The position numbers and the translations under genes were made by a program. The notes under the pieces are model-generated. The model was not told the DNA's origin, did no database searches, and saw only the letters and a program-made list of their open reading frames with translations. A stretch of DNA of 64,000 nucleotides from Eledone cirrhosa (lineage: Eukaryota): the NCBI GenBank assembly GCA_964016885.1, contig OZ024740.1, positions 83,266,001 to 83,330,000 on the forward strand, read 5' to 3'. Within the stretch, counting starts at the first letter, position 1. The number at the start of each line of letters is the position of its first letter. This document shows positions 55,819 to 64,000 of this stretch, piece after piece.

Positions 55819-55879
55819 TTTCATTCTGATGACTGAGAACAAATTTTGTTTTGTTTCAAGAAACCACTGGTAAATGAAA
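55819..55879 (+). ncRNA. Type I hammerhead ribozyme
   Basis: Stem I TTTCATT/AATGAAA (7 bp), CTGATGA, stem II TGA(G)AACAAA/TTTGTTTCA, GAAA, stem III ACC act GGT, GUA triplet; the first stem II pair is a C/A mismatch. Confidence 0.72.
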
Positions 55880-55990
55880 CAGTTATCTTATGTTGTTTAT
55901 TACATAACTATTAAGCTCTGTAACCTACATGGAGCACTCTTTTTGCCTTGACTTTTACGACGGAATTACTTCATTTACACACACACACAG

Positions 55991-56059
<69 letters not shown>

Positions 56060-56087
56060 CATAGATGTATATATATATGTGTGTGTG

Positions 56088-56124
<37 letters not shown>

Positions 56125-56162
56125 TTAGATGTATATATATATAACTGTGTGTCTGTGTGTAT

Positions 56163-56253
<91 letters not shown>

Positions 56254-56257
56254 CATA

Positions 56258-58930
56258 AGAATGGGCCCAAACTATGCCAACCTTTTCGTTGGCCATGTTG
56301 AGACCCAAATCTTTACCCAGTACACCGGTCCCACGTCCGAACTGTACGGTCGTTACATCGACGACTGTATCGGAGCCACGACCCTCACTCGAGAACTGCT
56401 CGACTCCTTTCTCTCTTTCTTCTGCTCCTTCCACCCCTCCCTCCACTTCACCACCTCTATCTCCACCACCCACGTCCACTTCTTAGACATCTCCGTCACC
56501 TTCGACCCTCCCACCACTCCCTCGTCACCTCCGCCTTCTTCAAACCCACCGACTCCCACTCTACCTCAACTTCACCTCTTCCTACCCGACACACACTAAA
56601 CACACTATTCCCTACTCCCAACACCTCAGGATCCGCCGCCTCTGTAGCCGAGATGCTGACTTTGAGTCCCAGGCCCTTTCCCTAGTCAGCCATTTCATCG
56701 GCAGAGGTTACCTCCCTCTTCCACACCGCCCTCACTCGCGCCCGTGCGATCCACCGCTCCACCACCCTCAACCCACGCAACCGCACACCCACCCACCGTC
56801 TCCCCTTTCCCATCACCTACCACCCCTCCCGCTACCCCTCCACGCACCATCCTTCGCCTCTTCCAACGCCTCCAGTCCGAACCCTCCACCTCCCACATGT
56901 TCCCATCCCCACCACTCCCCTCCTTCAAACGCGCACGCAATCTCCGCACCCTCCTCGTCCGCACCCCCCAACCAACGCCCCCCGGTTCCCTTCCCTGTTC
57001 CAGGCTTCGTTGCAACACCTGTCTCCACATCACCGACACCACCACATTCCAGGTTCCCAGCGGCCACTCTCTCTCTGTCCGGCACGCCTCCGCTGGACCT
57101 CCTCTATGGACTTCGCTGCACGGAGTGTAGCGCAACTTACGTCGGACAGACTGGACGTCACCTGGCGGACCGTTTCACCGAACACCTCCGGGGTATTCCT
57201 CTCGGCAGGAGTTCCCCCGTCGCCCGCCACTTTGGCTCTCCTGGACATTCCACGCACCACCTCACAGTCTGTGGCTTACTCCAATGCCACGGAACACTCG
57301 CCACCCTCCTCAGGGTCGAACAACGCACCATCTTCACCCTACAGACCCACACTCCTCCCGGCCGGAACTCCCCACCCCTATTCCTTCAGCCTTCGACCGC
57401 CCTGTTCCTCCTTCTCAACCCCCCCACCCCCACACACATATCCCCCACTAACACCACTAACACACTCCTCCTTTTCACCGCCCACCCCGCAACTAACAAT
57501 ATTAACATCCCCCTTCTCCCCATCCCCCTATCACGCACACACCCACCGGTACATATATACAAGCACTCACACTATCCGCACACCCTATTACCACCACTAA
57601 CCCTCAGCCACACATCCACTCTCACCAGCCTACAACTAATACCAATAACATTCCCCCGACCCAACGCACACGAAAACACCCACACACCCACACCCACTTA
57701 CACCACCCACTCTTCACACCCTACCACCACTGACCCCCACTAACACACCCGCATTCAACCCTTTCCCCACCACCAGTATACTAACACCCACGAACACCCC
57801 CCTTCACCACAAACACACTCATCCAAACCCACACACACACACACACCAGTACACTACACTGCCTGCACCGTCCCCCACACCTTTCTCCCCCTCTCCCCGC
57901 TCCACCCACACCCCTTCACACACAGACACATCCCACTAACACCTCTACACACCCCTTCCTCCGCACGGCTCCCTCCCCACTCCACATTTCACACCTACCC
58001 ATCATTTCCCCTGTCCACTGCACCTCCGCACACACTGACACACTGACTTTCTTCCCCTGCTATTCTCCTTTACTGCGGCTATACCCTAACCCTCTGACCC
58101 CTTCTCCGCACATACAGACACACAGCCCTCACCACATGTCATTTTCCTCTACCCTCCTCCTTCCTTGACCCTCTGACCACTTCCTGTTGCGCGCGCACCC
58201 CACATCTCCCCTCTTCCGACCAACACAGCCACGGATTACACCCATTGACCATCGTTTCCACCATCAATTCTATCACAAGGAAAATATCCGGCACCCCACC
58301 ACACCCTCTACGAAACTACCTTAGGAACTTACCCACGGACATACACTCACAAAAAATTGTTTTCCAACCACGCCACCTACATCCACAATACGTATAAACA
58401 CCACACACACGTGCGTACTCCCACATATATACCCATTCAGCCTCCGGAATACTCCTACCCCCCACCCCTCTGACCCCTCCCCTCCACACGAGCACACACA
58501 CGCCGACCTACACCCCACCCACAACACACCTTTTTCTGAACATGGAACCTCGTTCTTCCCCCAACTATCACATTCACATACACACACACACACGTACACC
58601 TACACACATACACCACCTTCAGCCCTCCCCACTCGGACACCCGCCTCCCTCTCTGGACTCCACCCGACACCACCATACACGCCCCACACCCTTCCACCAC
58701 TTGTTTATCTTCACTTTTTTTTTTTTTTTTTTTATTTCTATCCCTTCCACCATTGTTCGTCCTCCCTCCCTTTTTCTAAATGTCTCTCCCCCACTCCCCT
58801 ACACACCCTCGGAACTCTCTTCCCACACACTTTTCGCCTGAAGAACGGCTTATGCCCGAAACATCATTCCCCACCCACCCCCCACTCTCAAGAGCGTGAA
58901 ACTAATAAACCTTTGTTCGTAGTGCCTCTA
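56258..58930 (+). mobile_element. 5'-truncated C-rich Penelope-like element (RT, GIY-YIG, long CA-rich 3' UTR, hammerhead)
   Basis: [35 protein letters not shown]; CSRLRCNTC; YVGQTGRHLADRFTEH; hammerhead near 58838, AATAAA near 58904; frameshifted. Confidence 0.9.
58835..58870 (+). ncRNA. Degenerate minimal hammerhead at the PLE 3' end
   Basis: CTGAAGA-A-CGGC ttat GCCC-GAAA-CATC; stem I is not supported. Confidence 0.5.
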
Positions 58931-59930
58931 TTTTGTTCCCGTTCCATTTTTCACTATATATAAGGAAAAAAGATGAAATCGAAAATGCAAATGGAGTATT
59001 ATGTATAAAAAATTATATATATTCATTTGGTTCCTTTACCGGTTTTGCAGTTCTTCTGCTTTTCAATTGTAGAGTTGAGATGGAGGGTCTGTGGTTTTTC
59101 TCACATCTGGTTGGTCTTTGAATGCTTCTTGTTTTATATGGAAAAAAAGGCTCGAAACGCCAGGTTTTTAGAGAAGTAATTTGATTGGTTGGTGAATAAA
59201 TATAATAAATTTCGCGCCAGTTCGTGTTACAGAGTTCTTTTAACAGGGGGGGGGGTCTCAGTTTGTTTTTTCACATATGAGTGAAGTTTGGTTGGTTGAT
59301 GCAGTCACGTGAATAAGCACATCAGTTTTCGCGCCAGTTTGTTTGAATTTCTTTTTACTTAAAAAAAGTGGCTCACGCAGGCTTTTCTTTTTTTATAAAT
59401 GTAATTTGATTGGTTATTAATGAAATTATGACTGTCACGTGAACAAGTTCATTAAATATCGCGCCCGTATTTGGAAATTTATTTTGTAGCCTTTTAGATA
59501 ATTTTATGACAAACAAAAGATAATGGTCAAGATCAATGGGGTGGGGAGAATTGTTCTGGTTCAGTGAATATGGCTGGTTTGCTGGGGTGTCAGAATTCAG
59601 ACTTTCACTGGTTTCTTGATAGCAACAAATCTGCTTTCAGTCGTCAGAATGAAAACATCTGATTGAAAAATAAGCCGACCGTCGGAAAAGTATTCTCAAA
59701 TGCTGGCTTGGCTCGCTTATATTATATATTAAAATAACAGATTAATGTTTAAGCAAAGAATCGCTGCTTTCTCCCTTAACGGGATCTTCACGAACTGGCG
59801 CGAAATTTATTATACTTATTCACCAACCAATCAAATTACTTCTCTAAAAACCTGGCGTTTCGGCCCCCCTTTTCCATATAAAAATAAGTAACATTCAAAG
59901 ACCAACCACAGACCCTCCATCTCAACTCTA

Positions 59931-59967
59931 CTTTTGAAAAGCAGAAGAACTGTGAAACCGGTAAAGG
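59931..59967 (+). ncRNA. Hammerhead variant with a U3-A8 core
   Basis: CTT-TTGAAAA-GCAG aagaa CTGT-GAAA-CCGGTA-AAG; palindromic ACCGGT stem III; AATAAA a few nt downstream. Confidence 0.65.
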
Positions 59968-60074
59968 AACCAAATAAATATATATAATTTTAAAAAAATA
60001 ATACTCCAGTTGCATTTGCGATTTCACTCGTGTAGGACACCTGGGTTATTTTTCATTTAAAAAAAAACCCTCAC

Positions 60075-60133
<59 letters not shown>

Positions 60134-61399
60134 AATACATATGTGCATATATATGTAACATACACAGTTAAAAAGGGGGATAAAGGTCCATACTAATCAA
60201 AGATTATATGTGAAATGTAAAAGTGGAAAAACACGGAAATATATGTAAAGCGTTTTTCTTCTTAATTTCTTTAATCCGACAGAGACAGGTGGGTATATAT
60301 CAATAGGTGAGGATGAAAAAATATTACGGAAATATACACTGCGATGTTGATAGATTTGAAATAGGAAATATTTAAGTAACATTGGATTGGTAATGACATT
60401 TCAATTGTGGATGGAATGAATAATCTCAAACGGTCCAGTAGATCACTGCTTGTGGTCGGTGTTAATGGTGATTGAAATCATTTTGTTGTGTAGATGAGTG
60501 TATAAAATATTTAGTGTATAATGTATTTACTTTTGAAAACAATGGTGCGTTATGGCCATGAGGTAAGGGTAGATATGAGAAAGACGTGAAAATGGGATAT
60601 GGAAGAAATAAAAAATACAAGGTAGCATAAAGAAAAGGAGATGGACATGGTGTAAAAAGTGGTGAGGATGATGAAGGGAAATCATTGATATTAGTGAAAC
60701 TATCAAAATCGGAGTTCGAGGAATGATGAATAGAACATAATTTAAGTGGATACGAGTCTGCATGATAGTTGGTGGAGGAGAATACAATATTTAGTGTATA
60801 ACATAATTACTTGAATAGGCAAGTGGTATTGTATATGGATTTAGGGTTATAATAAAGTTGAAAGTAATGGAATTATTGAGATAGCATGATAGATTGTTAA
60901 TAGTGATGGCGGGGGTGGAGTCAAGGAAATATTAAAATATATTAACAAATAAAAAATAAAATATATATTATAATTATTACTTATGCCAAGGAATGATGGC
61001 AATAATATCGGAGGAGAGAAATAGAAATAGCTCGTCGGCTACAATTATTTTCTGTTTTCCACTCTTCCAAAATATTAGCCCTCGAATTCGATTTCAACTT
61101 AATGATAAAACGAATGATAACCATCGTTTTCAGTCTGGATCTTCTCATGAGTGCATTATTCGCATGCAGAGAACTTGTCGAGTGTGACTCATCTTTCTGC
61201 CGCTTGTCTCTGTATTGTACTCGACCTTCCATGATTAATCTCCTGTTAATACCTTATCGAAGAACTTTGGTTCAATTACCATTTTCTAGCAAGTCCTGAC
61301 CTGACACATTCTCAGGCGGTTCGCATTTTGCTCCACAGACAAATGTTTAGGCAGTAGTTTAGTTCAGATTTTATACATGTGCAAACAGTCTGTAAAAAG

Positions 61400-61800
61400 T
61401 GTGAGAACTGCATTTTCCCCCAGGCCAATTTAAAAAAAAAACTTTACTTCTTGATTGAATGACATTTCCATAACCTTGTTTTAAGGTAAATGTTTCGTTG
61501 GCACATGTGTTAAGATTCACACAAGTGTGTGAACTCCATTTTCTTCCAACCCAATTTCCTCTGTCATCATCCTAATAGTTAAAAAGGGATATTTCGGTAT
61601 CACTGCTTGCATAACTGCCACATTTATTTCATCTGTTGATGAGACTAGCATTCCAGAACAAAGTTCGTCTTCAACATTTTCTCGGCCCTTTTGAAAAATG
61701 TGTGACTCTTAAACAGCGTTACTTCTTGCTTGAATAAAATTTCTATAAGCTAGCTTTAAAATAAATATTTCGTTGACAGATGTGTTAATATTCCCATATA
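61400..61800 (-). pseudogene. Decayed mariner transposase remnant
   Basis: Minus strand near 61620-61700 reads FQKGRENVEDELCSG..STDEINV, matching the mariner F..GR..VED..RSGRP motif; boundaries approximate. Confidence 0.6.
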
Positions 61801-62512
61801 ATTGGTTCGCCTATCGTTGTTCGATATTTTACTGCACCGCCAACGTAACAGATTTTATAAACACGTCTGTACATAAACAGCCATAACTCACGATTGACGC
61901 AATCCAGTATGACCGTATATACTCTTTATATTCAAACATAAAGGCATGCATCATTATTTTGTTAATATGTAAACTACAATGAAAGAATCCTGTTTATAGT
62001 TTAGAGTCTTGTTCTCTCTCAACAGAACTAAAACAAGATCATAGAAAAATTCATACAACGAATATAGTTGTTTCAGTGGTGTGGTGGGAGGTCAAGTATG
62101 TTCTGTTAGCCAAATAAACACCGTATTCCAAATATCTACAGATATATATCTTTCTTTCAACTACCCTATCAGAAAGACGTGAATCCAATATATACACGAT
62201 AAACGAAAAAATAAGAAAATATCTAGCCATATTTTTTCAAATAACATTGGAAGCATTTTATGTGAAACAGATATGAAAACAAGTATTATAATGCTGCAGT
62301 GATCTCGGAGACAAGATCCATGGAATGAAAGATGAAATATTGCAACAGCAAATATCTGCACGTAATAATGTATGAAAGATGTTGGCAGGTACAATATTCG
62401 AGCAACCCTATCTTCAAAATAGTATTACATTTTAATGTCGAAACATATACACACCAAAAACGTTTCCAGCAACATGAGAATTCAAGTCTTATTATGAAAT
62501 CATGTGGGACAC

Positions 62513-62698
62513 AATAATTGTCTCTACTTTAGGCACAAGGTCAGCACTTACCCAGTGCATTACTGGTACTTTATTTTATCGACCCCGTAAGGATGAAAGG
62601 CAAAGTCAACCTCGGCGGGATTTGAACTCAGAGCGTAAAGGGACTTAACTATGCTGGAAAGCATGGCGTCCGACCCTCTACTGATACTGCCAATCCAC
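62513..62698 (-). mobile_element. tRNA-derived SINE (same family)
   Basis: Reverse complement of the SINE at 41541-41727, ending GTAGAGACAATTATT. Confidence 0.9.
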
Positions 62699-64000
62699 AT
62701 GATTCCCAATATACATGAGATCCTAAAGGAAGGAAGTAACTTGTATAAATAGCACCACCTGGTAAAGAAAGCCGAGACTTTATCTTCGTATGTCTGTGCG
62801 CTAATAAATATAAACTATTCGATAAATAAAACCTCCTCGATAACGATAACTGTCCCGATTTCCAGTTAGAATACGTATTCAACGTAGATAAAATATTACA
62901 AAAGTACTTCCAAATTAATATATCTCACAGAGATAAAGCGCAACTCAACACTTAGAGAATAAGTTCATATCTGATGCACAAATATTGCTGACTATCAATA
63001 GTAAATAATCAATTTGCGTTCAATATCCAAATCTCTAATTTCATAAATTCCATTCGGTTTGTTCATTATATTATTATTTTAGTCATTTAATGATATCGGT
63101 AAGTTCAGTTTGAATTATATATTTTGGATAAAATAAATGTTGATGATGAAGTGTAGCTTCAGCTGTGCATGTTTTCTGGGTGTGGCAAACACAGAATATA
63201 CAGCTTCAAATACTCCACGATTCCATCAAGCCTATATTTTCTCTGTGATAAGGTTTACTTCAAGGTCCTGTCTATCTATTTGAATAAGATAATAACTTTG
63301 AAATGGTATTCCTGGCTACTGAAATAGCCGAGTACATACATGGACGGTTAACATCCTGTATATGTATAAGTAACTTTACTTCTGAAAATACCTTACGATA
63401 TTAATATTCTAACATATTTCCAAGGTGATAAGTTTACTTTTCAAGGATTCGTAACAAGATGTAACAGAAGTGAAAACGAAATTCATTTGTTTCGTAAAAC
63501 TCTAAGATATGACTCCGGATGATGCGACCTCGAAATCAAAACAAAAGCTCTGATAGAAAATTAAATAACTTGCAAATTATCAAGGGAAATCCAAGAAGGA
63601 CAGTGTAGGTTTTTAAAGTTCTGTATAGCGAAACATTATTTAACTTGTAGGAAAATGCTGGGAGGTAATATTTCCATAAGTCCTCTTTACTGAAATTACT
63701 GGAAAATGGCAACATTTTGGTAGAAATATGGCCGCAATTTAAACGCTCATTCCCTCGATGATATTTCTCGGTTTAATTACAAATGCGAACACTATTTTAT
63801 GACTAGATTGTAAAACTATAGGAATGACATTCTAAATAGTTTAATTAATGTTATAGGTAGTCACTCTTTAGAATCTCATTTTTTGTTTAAATTGAATAAG
63901 TGTGAAGGAAATTACCATTTCCATTGTGTATATATACCAGTGATAATTAAATGTGTTCAGAACTATTTGATGCTAAATACAATGCTCACACTTATTTTGA

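Noticed and set aside
62498-62704. ~10-bp inverted repeat (AATCATGTGG/CCACATGATT) flanking the SINE
   Set aside because: Too short and partly overlapping the SINE head; could be chance

Overview
AT-rich, microsatellite-dense animal genomic DNA with no convincing host protein-coding gene. The SINE family resembles octopus SINEs, so an octopod cephalopod is my inference. The main feature is a ~15 kb cluster (3.5-18.7 kb) of non-LTR retrotransposons stacked in (AAT)n tracts. It holds an apparently intact 6.0 kb Tx1/L1-clade element on the minus strand (gag-like ORF1; APE-RT-zinc-finger ORF2) bounded on both sides by (AAT)n. It also holds three plus-strand R4/Dong-clade elements (RT plus restriction-like endonuclease, two families), each ending in (AAT)n. 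The rest of the window is decayed Penelope-like elements (RT/GIY-YIG), many carrying minimal hammerhead ribozyme motifs. One family has a U3-A8 compensatory core (UUGAAAA). There are also fold-back palindromes, tRNA-derived SINEs with TSDs, a tiny Tc1/mariner MITE, and a unique ~100-nt pre-miRNA-like hairpin. All assignments were made by eye; no searches or folding programs were run.
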